Below, in pieces: positions 25,101-37,329 of a DNA stretch of 64,000 bases (the first letter of the stretch is position 1; every line of letters starts with the position of its first letter). Below the pieces are notes generated by a model. The model was not told the DNA's origin. It was given only the letters and a program-made list of their open reading frames with translations, and made no database searches. A program made the translations under genes and the position numbers. Source of the stretch: Gnetum montanum (lineage: Eukaryota > Plantae > Gnetophyta); the NCBI GenBank assembly GCA_015680685.1, contig MNCI01002172.1, positions 187,895 through 251,894 of the forward strand, read 5' to 3'.

Positions 25101-25922
25101 ATGAATGGGATAAATGATGAGCATCCCTAAAGATCATTAGCTAAAAGTATCTTGCCATAAGGATCTTTATAGTTCTCCTCCTTCCTATGTAGTGGTCCTT
25201 GAAGAGACATTCGTGATCATCCTAGAGGATTCTCAACTGATCTACATTAGGTACACACCATCATACAAGGCCATTGACACAAACTTTGTAAAGTTGCCTT
25301 AGATCTCCATGTAATGTTTGATTTGGCAAAGAAACCATTGTTTCTTCTTATAATTCCATTTTGCTGAAGTTTCCTATGTGAGTAGATAAGAGAGGAACTC
25401 TTCATACCAATTGGTAACCTTTGACCCTTGGACTTCGATGGACTTAGCAAAGAGAAGTTCATCTAGAAATTAATCAAATAAGGGTTCCTCATCCTCCTTG
25501 CTATCCCATCTTAACCAAGACAAATGATCAAATTATCAGCAACTACATCTCGATTCCTTTCCTATCCACCATGGTAAGGTCAAATTGCTTTAAAATTACT
25601 AGTCATCGTATAACACAAGGACTAACTGCTAGCTTGTTCATTAGAAAGTGGATTATACTATACTCAATGTGCATAAAAATTTGGTATCCAAGAACATAGT
25701 GTCTAAAGTTTTTTAGGGCATACACCATTACCATGATTTTTTTCAATGGTGATGTAGTTAAGTTATACACCTACAATGCTTTTGCTTGTACAATGGATAT
25801 AATATGGACATTTTTGATCATCCTTTTGTATAAGCATCACTCCCAAAACATAGTTAGCTGCATCTATCATTACATGGAATGGGCTAGATCAATCTAGGGT
25901 GTGTAGAATTTGGGAAGAGGAG

Positions 25923-26859
25923 TGATGAGACGCGATATGCACAAGCCACGATATCGCATCATTCCCTGCAATATCGCATACGTGATATCGCAGTCCACTA
26001 CCAAATATATAAATAAGAGGTGGCACTTCCCTCATTTCTCATCCTAGGCTTAAAGTAGGGAAACTCTAGCAGATTGATCACTCCAGAGATAGAATATTTT
26101 CCATGTGCCCATAGTAGGAGTCCCCAAGTGAACGGATCTTTATTCGAGCAGCTTTGTACCTGAACACAAGTTGTGTAGGACAATAAAGACGAGCTTTGTG
26201 GATAAACCTTGCAGTGCATGGAATAGGATTTTATTACCTGTTATTTATTACCTGCATTAGCGTGGCATGAGTACGACTTGATTATGAGCATTGACGAATG
26301 TGTACGGCTAATCAAGGAATCGGCTGCTCATCGCGATGAGTCTCTCTCACCCTCAACTCCTAGAATGCAGAATGAGTAGGACTTGATTACGAGCATCTAC
26401 GGATGTGTACGGCTAGTCAAGGAATTGGCTACTCATTATGTTTAGGCTAGTTAAGTGCCTTAGTATGACCACTTCAAGCATGTGCATTACGTGTGGTGAT
26501 CCTAGTAAAGATTAGCGTTTAGTAGCCACAGTTGCATAGTTCAGGGTGTGTACGGTAAGTGGGAACAAATGCTGACGCTAGTTAAATTAGACTTAGTCAT
26601 TAGTTAGAGTTAGTTAGTTCTCTCAACCCTTCACCTCGATAGCATAAGAGAAAAACCATAAAAGACCATAAAAATCATATACCTCAGACTTACTTAACCA
26701 TACACCGTGACAAACACAAGTAAGTCTGAGAAGACAATGAATGATTAACCTCAAGTGTTCCATGGGGCGTGTAGGCATTTAGTCTACAGAGTTCGACCAG
26801 ATCGCGTGTGCTACACTCATTTCGTATGGTTGAGTGTAGGGGTACCTCGCCACTCATCA
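25923..26859 (+). repeat. 5' LTR of element B (937 bp)
   Basis: TGATG...CATCA ends. TATAAATA near 26007-26015. Followed by the PBS. Confidence 0.95.
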
Positions 26860-27119
26860 TTGGCGCCATTGCCAGGGACTAAGTGTTTGTGCACCGAATA
26901 GAACAAAAGGGATATCACTCACATTGTTGTGAGCCTTAACGAACCTTCGGGTTAATCAAGAGAAAAAAAATTTCATAACGGTGAAATTAGCACACCGATA
27001 AAAATGCCTTCTTCTCATAAGAGCAACTCACCACCTAAGGACCATACACGAGACAGTCAGAAACATAAAACACATAACCAAAATCAGCCAAGTCCTAAAC
27101 AATATAAGATGACAATACT

Positions 27120-30100
27120 CATCCCGATGAGTATATTCCTAATTTTACTTTTATTCTCCATAAGACAAATAGGTACAGTGGAGAGATTTGCAAGGTAACA
27201 TCGTGTTACCCCCAGATCGAGTAATCTCTCGTATGCTTTTCCATGCCTTGGCACAGATTGGCATGCAAGAACTATATGTTGAATATGTTGCAGAAGATTT
27301 TGACATGAGGGATTATTATCCCACAGATGTCCAACGTATGAGGGACTTAAGGCAGGAAAGTCAACATGCACTATTGAAAGGCAAGATCCGGCACGTCTTT
27401 AGCGAAATAAGAGATGAGGAACCCCTTATCATGGGTTCTTTAATAAATGATGTTCCCCCTCCTAACGAAGGTGAGGAGGAAGGGTATCAGAACCTATGAT
27501 CAATGATACATATCCCTGGTTCTGATGTTCATGAACACCAACTGTTCATAGAGGGAACAACCACTCATGCTAAGGACGGGAACTTTGATCGTCACCACGA
27601 TCGGGGCCGTAGTAGCTGAAGAGAAGGCAAGAAACATCGCCACGGTGATGGTTCCCCTTCTTCTTCTCCTTCTTCACATCACTCACCCTCTCCTTCCACA
27701 TCTGGGCATAGCCACCATGAACATAAAGGTGAGGATAAAGGTAAAAAGGACAAGAGACCTCGACGGGAAAGTCGAGAGAGAGGACAAGGGCAAAGACGTA
27801 GGGAGAGTAGGGAACAACACAAACATCACAGGCGTCATGAAAGAGATGATCATGACAAACCCCTACTCACAACCTGAAGTATGCTTGACATAACGGAGGC
27901 AGTTAGGATTCCCACAAGGCATTTGAAAGATAGTCGGATCAAATGATTAGACATGAACAATATCCCACGATTTGAAGGGGGATACAATGCTAATCTGTAA
28001 AATCATTTACAAGAATTCCACAATGCCTGTGCCTTGCAGAATATAGAAAATGAGTGGCAAAAACTTAAGTTGTTCCCAAGGACACTCACCAAAGAAGTAG
28101 AGAGCTGGTACCGGTCCTTAGAATCAGAAACCATCAAGAGGTAGAGTACGATGCTAGAACTGTTCAACGAAAAGTATCAAACGTACTCCAGAGTGTCCAA
28201 TTTGCGTAAGTAGATCCAAGGCTGGAAGCAAGGTACTCATGAACCCTTGGATGCTGCCATGGCCCGCTATTACACATTGTTACATTGTTGCTCAGGCCAT
28301 GGGTACGCTCAATGGGATCAACTTCGCCACATCATGGATGGGCTAAGGCATGAAACCAAAAGAACCCTTGGAACTTATGCCCAAGGGAGACTCTCACAGC
28401 TTGGAGCCCATGAAGTGCATAGCTTGTTGGAACAAGTAGCAAAAGAAGAATGTGAGCTATGCAAAAGGGAAAGTGCGGAAGAGTACAACCGTGATCCCTC
28501 CCTTCGAAAGAAGGGAGTGAAATTTTGTGATGAAGAGGATGAGTCACCACTTGAAGAGTTGGTGAACTAGAAAACCTTGCCGATCCAAAAATTAACAACA
28601 GAAATAGCGACTAAGGTAGACGATGTATGGAGTTCCTTAGACTCTAAAATTGAAACTGTTTTAAAAATTGTTGAAGAGTCTAAGGTAGAACAAAGTAGTG
28701 ACAAAGGTAAGAAAAAGTGGAGAGGTTTAAGCCCTGCACATAACAAGGGAAGGGAAAAATCACTAACTTTGATGTGGTTGTGGATTAGGATTCAAATGAT
28801 GATGGTGGATGTGAGATCCACCACTATGACCATCCTAAGGGATGTTGCCCATCATCTCACATCTGCAGGAGTCTGGGGTGTATGCGCTTAATCCAAGACT
28901 CAACCAATGGCAAACACCTCGAAGGTTACCTTATCCACAAGGTAACCCAAGACAGTTCCACCAACCACTAACATATTATCCAAGTGGAACTCCACCACGG
29001 CCCATCAGATAGCATCAGCAGTGGCAACACCCACAGTCCTAGGGAATGCCACCGCCAACACAACAATACCCTTACCGACAGCCTAATCCTTATGGTTATT
29101 ATGGGCAGCAGCCAATTTCCCCAAGTGACTCTATGGATCACATAAACCCTCCACATTACTACCAAGTTCAGGAGTATTTTAGGACTCCTTCTCCTTCGAG
29201 AAACACTCCATACCCACACTATCCTCCAAATCCATCTGCATCTCTTACGCTAGTAGCCCCACTGCCAACCGCTCCAACAAAGCCTAGAGTAAATCCCACT
29301 CAACTGCGACAACCCAACACTGCGAGGGCTCCCAATCCTCCAATATCAGTTGGTTCTAACAATCATACACCAAAAAGACCCTTCCTTAGGACCAACAATC
29401 CAACCAAGCCTTCGCCTTCACAAGCGGTTGAGAATCCTAACACCCCCATACCAAATAAGGTTTCGGGAAATCCTTCGATAGAGAAATTGCGCCCAATGTA
29501 TACAGTTATGTTAACACATACAGTAACCGACTGGATCAAGGTTGGCCACCTTCCAAAGAAATTATCAAATCTGGGAGTCCCCCTAGTTTACCTCCAAGTC
29601 ACTGGGAATGAACCCCATAAGGCTCTCCTCGACTCAGGTTCCGGGGTCAACTTAATCTCACAAGAACTGTATAAAACCTCAAACCTGCCTCCACTCAAGA
29701 AGAGCAATGTTCGCCTAGAGCTGGCTAACCAATCCATCACTGTTCCTTTGGGACAGGTTGAGGACATTTTTGCCACTATCAGTGGATGGTCATATCCAGC
29801 CAATTTCATAGTGATCCAAATAAACAATGAAAAAGAGGATTTCCCAATTATAATGGGAAGGGCATGGCTGAATACAATCGACGCACGCTTAGGAATTCGC
29901 AACCTTTTCCTAGAAATATCCAGGACAAATACTTTTGGGAAAATTGAGAGGAAAAGAGTTCCATGCATCGCATATAGTGACACAAGGTATCATTGCGTGC
30001 AGAAATCATGGGTGATGCAGAGTTTAACATTGCATGCATGCAATCGGTATGCACGGGATATTGACATACAAAAGTGCCTATATGTGACAGCCACACAACA

Positions 30101-33100
30101 AGAAAACACCCAGTGGCTGATGGCTGATAAAGAGAACAACTCGACAACCTGCATGGAACTAGCTGAGGGAATAACTAGTGCTTACATTGAAAGCACAAAC
30201 GTATTAGAGCAAGTTCGTTGCCAACTTCCAACCCTTAACTCTGAAAATATTAATTGGGAAGAGTTGGAGATTCCTGAGGAGTTTAAACAAGAGCCCCTAG
30301 ATTTAAAACCATTGCCCACCGATTTGGAATACGTGACCCTTAAAAATGGAAAACCGATGATCATCAATGCAGAGCTCGCACCCACGCAAAAAGAAAGTTT
30401 GCTAAAGGTGATAAACAAGTGGTCAACAGCCTTTGCCTGGTCATACCTTGAACTAACCAAAATAAATCCTAGGATATGCTAGCATACGATTTACACAGAC
30501 CCCTCTATGAAGCCTCGCAAGCAACCCCAAAGGTGATTAAACCTGAACTTAAAAAAAATAGTGAAAGAGGAGCTAGAGCAGCTTCTCAAGGCTGGGTTCA
30601 TTTCCCCTATCGCTGATAGCGAATGGGTTAGTCCTCTTGTCATCGTACCGAAAAAAGGAGGTAAATGGAGGGTATGTATAGATTTTAGGCTATTAAATAT
30701 GGCAACATTCAAAGATCACTTCCCATTGCCATTTGTTGACCAAGTCTTAGACACTATAGCAGGGCATCACTATTACAGTTTTCTGGATGGATATAGTGGG
30801 TACAACCAAATACAAATTGCACCAGAAGACCAAGCCAAAACAACGTTCACCAGTCCTTGGGGAACGTTTGCGTACAAACAAATGCCTTTTGGCTTGTGTA
30901 ATGCACCTACCACGTTCCAACGATTAGTTCTAAGCATCTTTCAACAGCAAATAGGTAACGGAGTAGAAGTCTTCATGGACGACTTCTCCACTTATGGGAT
31001 GAGCTTTGATCAAGCCCTTGATCGGTTAGAGAAAGTATTGAAACGATGTGTTGAAACCAACCTCAAGCTCAACTGGTAGAAGAGCCATTTGATGGTTCAA
31101 GAGGGCACTGTACTGGGGCACAAAATTTCACAATCAGGAATTGAGGTGGATCCAGAAAAAATTAAAGTCATCCAAGGAATTACTCGACAACCAGAAACCG
31201 TTAAAGACATTAGGTCATTCCTCAGACACACTGGCTACTACAGGAGGTTTATTGCGAACTTCTCCAAAGTTGCCAAATTGTTGGTGGAATTAACAAAAAA
31301 AGATGCACCATTCGAATGGACCAGGAAATGTGAACGAGCATTCCAAACCCTCAAACAGAGGCTTGTGGAAGCCCCCATTCTACAAGCCCCTGACTGGTCC
31401 AGGCCATTCCATATCATGACTGATGCATCTAATTATGCCTCAGGAGCTGTACTGATACAATTAGATGAACAAAAATGACCTTATTACATCCACTGTGCCA
31501 GTAAGAGTATCACCGGTGCACAACTTAACTACACGACTACAGAAAAGGAATTAATGGTTGTAGTGTTTGCACTAGATAAATTTAGGTACTATGTATTGGG
31601 TTACAAAGTATACATCCATATAGATCATAGTGCAATTAGGTTCCTTATGAACAAGCCAACGGTTAGCCCACGTATCATACGTTGGTTGGTAATTCTTCAG
31701 GAGTTCGATTTAACAATAGTAGACCACAAAGGCACCGAGAACGTAGTCGCTAATCACCTATCTCAGTTGCGTTGGGACAAAAAAGAGGATGAATATGTTG
31801 TATCTGACCAATTTCCTGATGAAACCCTCTTTGCTAGTGTAGTAAATAATCAACCCATGGAAATAAATTGGCATAGTAGCATTCTCACTTATCTCACTTC
31901 CCAACAAATACCACATGGGTTGGACTTTAGGAAGAAACAACAGTTTCTTCACAAAACCAAGTACTTCATGGAAATCAAGGGACAACTTTATAAAGTCTGT
32001 CCTGATGGCTTGGTTCGATGGTGTGTGCCCGATCAAGATCAATTAAAAGTTCTCCAGGATGCTCATGAGGGCCCCTATGGGGGTCATTATGCTGGGAGAC
32101 GAACGGCTACTAAGGTCCTGCTTGCAGGATATTATTGGCCAACACTATTTCGGGACGTCCATCATTTCACCCAATCCTGTGAGCGCTGCCAACATGATGG
32201 TGGAATGACTGCTAGAATGGAGGATCCGCAACAATGGATTCAACCTTTAGAACCCTTCGACATCTGGGGAATAGATGTTATGGGGCCGATTACACCGATG
32301 TCCAACGAAAAAGCATATATAATAGTTGCTGTTGATTACTTAACCAAATGGGTTGAAGCAGCCGCTGTAATAGATTGCACATCATCTACAGCTACACGAT
32401 TTGTACAACAACAAATTGTTAACAGGTTTGGTGTACCACGTGCACTCATTTCTGATAATGGAACACACTTTATGGGTGCAACCTTTCGCAAACTGATGCA
32501 ACGCTTAGGGGTTGAGCATAAACTGACCACACCTTACCACCCCCAAGCCAATGGTCAAGCCGAGGTTACTAATAGGGAGATTACAAGAATACTAACATGA
32601 AAAATTAGCAAATTTAGGCGAGACTGGAGCACGAAACTGAACGATGCTCTTTGGGCATATCGTTTTACTTGAAAGCTCCCTACAGGGTATTCTCCCTATG
32701 AGCTAGTGTACAGGAAACTTCCAAAACTCCCCATATAGAATGAGCTCTATACACTGTCCATGGCTTGCGAACTTCACAAAAACAACGATTAGCAACTTTG
32801 AATGTGTTAGAAGAGAATAGATTGGTTACACTATCGTTAAATGAGTTGCACAAGGCACACAGTCAACAGCGTCATGACTTAAGGATCCAAAGGTTTAGGT
32901 ACCAACCAGGAGATAAGGTCCTTTACTGGAACCCCATGCATGTACCCCAACGTACAAAGTTTCAAACCTTGTGGGAAGGACCTTATATTATTCATACTAC
33001 CTTCCCCTCTAGAGCCATGATGATATATAAGCCTGACAGCCTGGATAAAAGGTTATTGGTTAATGTACAACAAACAAAACCTTTCCGTGAATCTGCAACA

Positions 33101-33199
33101 GCCAGTACAAGTTACACCTCCACCAACGGTCAACCTCGCTCGTTATTTCGGATCTCTCCCTTTCCACTCAGTTATGGAAGAGATGGCCACCTATGCTAA
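27120..33199 (+). pseudogene. Athila gag-pol with scattered stops and about 3 frameshifts
   Basis: Gag LKLFPRTL, protease LLDSGSGVNLI, RT WVSPLVIVPKK..FMDDF, RNase H TDASNYA, integrase HEGPYGGH..CERC..WGIDVMGP..SDNGTHF..GQAEVTN and the GPY motif. Confidence 0.93.
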
Positions 33200-35136
33200 T
33201 CATATGGGGCCCTTAGTTATTTTTACGTTTTTGTTTTACACGTTTTTGTTTTACAAATATTCTTTAACTTTTCTAGTTTTTGTTTTACAAATTTCTTTCA
33301 CTTTTCTAGTTTTTTGTTTTACAACATCGTTATACTTTTTCCATTTTGTGTGTGTGTGTGTGTGATCCACCCTGTAAGTTTGTCACTCAATAAGTGTTCG
33401 AAATGATGGTATGAACTATTTTCATATTGATTGCTAATGTTTGGTTTTTACCTTTAAGTCACAATGTTGAATACTAAGGTATGTTTCTTTTGATATGGCA
33501 GGCAATGAGACCACATCATCCATCCATCCACCAGTTTCTATGGTCTCTCTCGGCTTGGAAATGTACAGTCCCCTCATAATAAGAACTTTAACGAATCGGT
33601 GACTAGGTATTTCTCAAACTAAGGAAGGACTCAAGGATTGCAAAGGGTGTGACTTCAAGGGAACTTGATGCTTTTGTGTTGGCCGTTCTTTTGGGTGCTT
33701 GGATGTTTTCTTCTTGAGTTTTCTTACCATTTCGATGTTACCCAACTATCGAAAGCTGAGACAATAAAAATAAGAAGTTTTTGCATGGTGTGGTTCTCAC
33801 GCATAAAAACACAAAACACAAAAAAAAATAAAAAAAATAAAAAAATAACAAAACAAAGTGAGAATTCAAGGCACACCCCTTAGACAAATAACCTTGGGCT
33901 ACAAGCACTGGTTATGGAACCAAAAGTGTTCCCTCTAACTAAGGCCCTTCTCGCTTCCCATTCTCTCATTTGTTTCGTCAGAATGGTGGTGGCTCTTTGG
34001 AGATGCATCCTTGTTATCCAAGTGGATAGTTTAGCTGAATGCATTGATGCGAAGTCCCTAGAAGTGGTTGGTTTGAGGCCAAACTTGGAATGGGATTTGC
34101 TAAGTCACATTAATCATGAAACACATAAGGGGCTGTACACCACCTTTTTCTTGGGATTCCATTCCATTTTCTTCTCTCCATCCTTCTCTCCATTGTTCAC
34201 CTCATTACCGGTTGTATCATTAGTGTATATATTTTTTTTGATGCATTGTTTTCTTTTTGGTAGATTCTTACGGTTAAGACTTTAACTCTTGTTCCAAATA
34301 ACATTCCCGGAGTCTACGAACTCTTTGAATGTGGGTTTGTCAGGGCATTACGGGCATGAGCCTACTTTGGGGAGGACCCACTGACATTCCTATTTGGAGC
34401 ATTAGTTAAATTCTTTCCCTTAACATTTTGCAATTAATTTTATTTTGTTCATTTCCATCTTGACATCCACTTTATCGACGTTACCGTTGTCCCTTTTTAT
34501 CTATCTTTCTTACTCCTTTCTTTTCTCCATTCTAACGCTACCGGAGGTTCGCGATTAGTCATGGGGGTACGGGGCCTGATTTTTTTCTATTTTCTCCTAG
34601 CCCCGAATTTTTTGGTTTTCTTCTTAACCCCTACACCTTCGGTAGTCATCATTAATATATCCCCAGATCGTATTAGCCATACCACAACCTAGCCAATGAA
34701 CCTACACCGAAGCAAGGTATTAATTACATGATGATTCATTTACCCTTGCTAATATAATATTGTGTTGTATGTGCAGATGGCGATCATACAACAACGGATT
34801 GGATCTGGAGCAAACACATGGAATGGAGCAGCGCTGAAGCAGCTATGCAAGGAGCAAGATCGATGACGTGCTTATGGATGGACAACAAAGGTGCAATCTT
34901 GGCATTGGCAGCAGCAACACTTTTTTCTCTCTCTCTCTCTCAGCTGCCAACTAAGGCCTGATGTCATTATAATAAGGTGTTCACCCTTGTTGTCATGAAC
35001 ACCATTTCTGTCAAGTCTTGTAATGATGATCCGTTCACATGTTATCCCATTAATTCCATTTCCCTCAATAATTCCATACCTTCCCAATATTATTGTAAGG
35101 AACTCGAGGATGAGTTTTCATTCAGTCATGGGGGTA

Positions 35137-36692
35137 TGATGAGACGCGATATGCACAAGCCGCGATATCTTGTTGTTCCCTGCGATATCGCATACGTGAT
35201 ATCGCGGTCCGTCGTCAAATCTATAAATAAGAGGCAGCACTCCCCTCATTTCTCATCCTAGGCTTAAAGTAGGGAAACTCTGGCAGATTGATCACTCCAG
35301 AGATAGAATATTTTCCATGTGCCCGCAGTAGGAGTCCCCAAGTGAACTAATCTTTATTCAAGCAGCTTTGTACCTGAACGCAAGTTGTGTACAGCAATAA
35401 AGACGAGCTTTGTGGATAAACCTTGCAGTGCATGGAATAGGATTTTATTACCTGTTATTTCTTACCTATTATTTATTACCTACATTAGCGTGGCATGAGT
35501 ACGACTTGATTAGGAGCATTGACGAATGTGTACGGCTAATCAAGGAATCGGCTGCTCATCGCGATGAGTCTCTCTCACCCTCAACTCCTAGAATGCAAAA
35601 TGAGTACGACNNNNNNNNNNNNNNNNNNNNNNNNNNNNNNNNNNNNNNNNNNNNNNNNNNNNNNNNNNNNNNNNNNNNNNNNNNNNNNNNNNNNNNNNNN
35701 NNNNNNNNNNNNNNNNNNNNNNNNNNNNNNNNNNNNNNNNNNNNNNNNNNNNNNNNNNNNNNNNNNNNNNNNNNNNNNNNNNNNNNNNNNNNNNNNNNNN
35801 NNNNNNNNNNNNNNNNNNNNNNNNNNNNNNNNNNNNNNNNNNNNNNNNNNNNNNNNNNNNNNNNNNNNNNNNNNNNNNNNNNNNNNNNNNNNNNNNNNNN
35901 NNNNNNNNNNNNNNNNNNNNNNNNNNNNNNNNNNNNNNNNNNNNNNNNNNNNNNNNNNNNNNNNNNNNNNNNNNNNNNNNNNNNNNNNNNNNNNNNNNNN
36001 NNNNNNNNNNNNNNNNNNNNNNNNNNNNNNNNNNNNNNNNNNNNNNNNNNNNNNNNNNNNNNNNNNNNNNNNNNNNNNNNNNNNNNNNNNNNNNNNNNNN
36101 NNNNNNNNNNNNNNNNNNNNNNNNNNNNNNNNNNNNNNNNNNNNNNNNNNNNNNNNNNNNNNNNNNNNNNNNNNNNNNNNNNNNNNNNNNNNNNNNNNNN
36201 NNNNNNNNNNNNNNNNNNNNNNNNNNNNNNNNNNNNNNNNNNNNNNNNNNNNNNNNNNNNNNNNNNNNNNNNNNTTAGGCTAGTTAAGTGCCTTAGCATG
36301 ACCACTTCGAGCACGTGCGTTACGTGTGGTGATCCCAGTAACGATTAGCGTTTGGTAGCCACAATTGCATAGTTCAGGGTGTTGATGGTAAGTGGGAACG
36401 GATGCTGACGCTAGTTAAATTAGACTTAGTCATTAGTTAGAGTTAGTTAGTTCTCTCAACCCTTCACCTCAATAGCATAGGATAAAAACCATAAAAGACC
36501 ATAAAAATCATATACCTCAGACTTACTTAACCATACATCGTGACAAACACAAGTAAGTCTGGGAAGACAATGAATAATTAACCCTAAGTGTTCCATGGGG
36601 CGTGTAGGCATTTAGTCTGCGGAGTTCAACCGGATCGCGCGTGCTACGCTCATTTCGTATGGTTGAGTGTAGGGGTACCTCGCCACTCATCA
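35137..36692 (+). repeat. 3' LTR of element B, containing an assembly gap
   Basis: Matches the 5' LTR on both sides of the N run. Confidence 0.93.
35611..36274. other. Assembly gap (664 N)
   Basis: Run of N. Confidence 1.
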
Positions 36693-36697
36693 AGGAG

Positions 36698-37240
36698 GGA
36701 GGCTTGGTTTCCCAGAAATTTCGAGGCCACACATAATGTTTGGGCAAGTAGAGTTCTAACATTTGTCTTGGATGCTTGTGATACCACCTAATTTTGATGG
36801 GTGATGTGGTGGCCTCTATTTCGGTTGGATGTAGCACCACGTGGCAATGTGGCCCTAATGAATCTACACCATTGGATGATCCACCAATGTCATCTTATCT
36901 AGTGTTATCATGATGTAGCCCCAAATTTATAGATGACCTTACCTTTCAGATGGATCACTCCATGGATCATTAACTACTAAATACATCCAACTTCACTATG
37001 GTGTGGTCTTGTCTCATCTAGTTTGGTTGTGGGGTTGTCCCCATGCTAGGTGATGGAGTACTTGTAGTTTTCTTTCAACTTCAAGATACCAATGTTAAGA
37101 GACCTCAAATTTGCATGCAGGAGGTTATGGGTTCTATTCTTATTTTAATATCTACCTTTGCATCTAATCTGGGGTGTCTAAAGGTCTTCTTAATGCTAAG
37201 AAGGTAAATGTACTATTGGCTATGGAACCATTTATTATTT
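36698..37240 (-). mobile_element. Probable continuation of element C (gag C-terminal/Pro-rich region)
   Basis: Joined across the TSD, the minus strand reads accaagcctccctcctcttcccaa (TKPPSSSQ), similar to B's accaagccttcgccttcacaa (TKPSPSQ, ~29403). Confidence 0.5.
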
Positions 37241-37329
37241 TATTTATCCTACAATAGTAGAAATTGAGAATTTAGTGAGTCATTAAACTTTTCAATGAGT
37301 CTAAAACTATAGTAATCTAACAAGTTCCA

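Larger units (their letters stand above)
18205..25917 (-). mobile_element. Old Athila-type element C: 3' LTR, long extra ORF, integrase, RNase H
   Basis: LTR 19078-18205 is homologous to the A and B LTRs. PPT at 19091-19079. Integrase/RNase H at 25910-24170 aligns with B 31375-33090 (e.g. YHP*ANGQAEVTN, ILHTLD*SSPFHVMIDAANY). Confidence 0.88.
25923..36692 (+). mobile_element. Near-complete Athila-lineage Ty3/gypsy LTR retrotransposon (element B)
   Basis: TSD AGGAG at 25918-25922 and 36693-36697. LTRs 25923-26859 and 35137-36692. PBS TGGCGCCATTGCCAGGGA 26861-26878 (tRNA-Asp type, typical of Athila). PPT 35124-35136. Domain order gag-PR-RT-RH-INT, no chromodomain. Confidence 0.95.

Noticed and set aside
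26267-26436. Hammerhead ribozyme (retrozyme-like) in the LTR hairpins
   Set aside because: No CUGANGA...GAAA core in the correct arrangement on either strand by eye.
35410-36348. ORFs of 239-312 aa spanning the gap
   Set aside because: Artefacts of translating through N.
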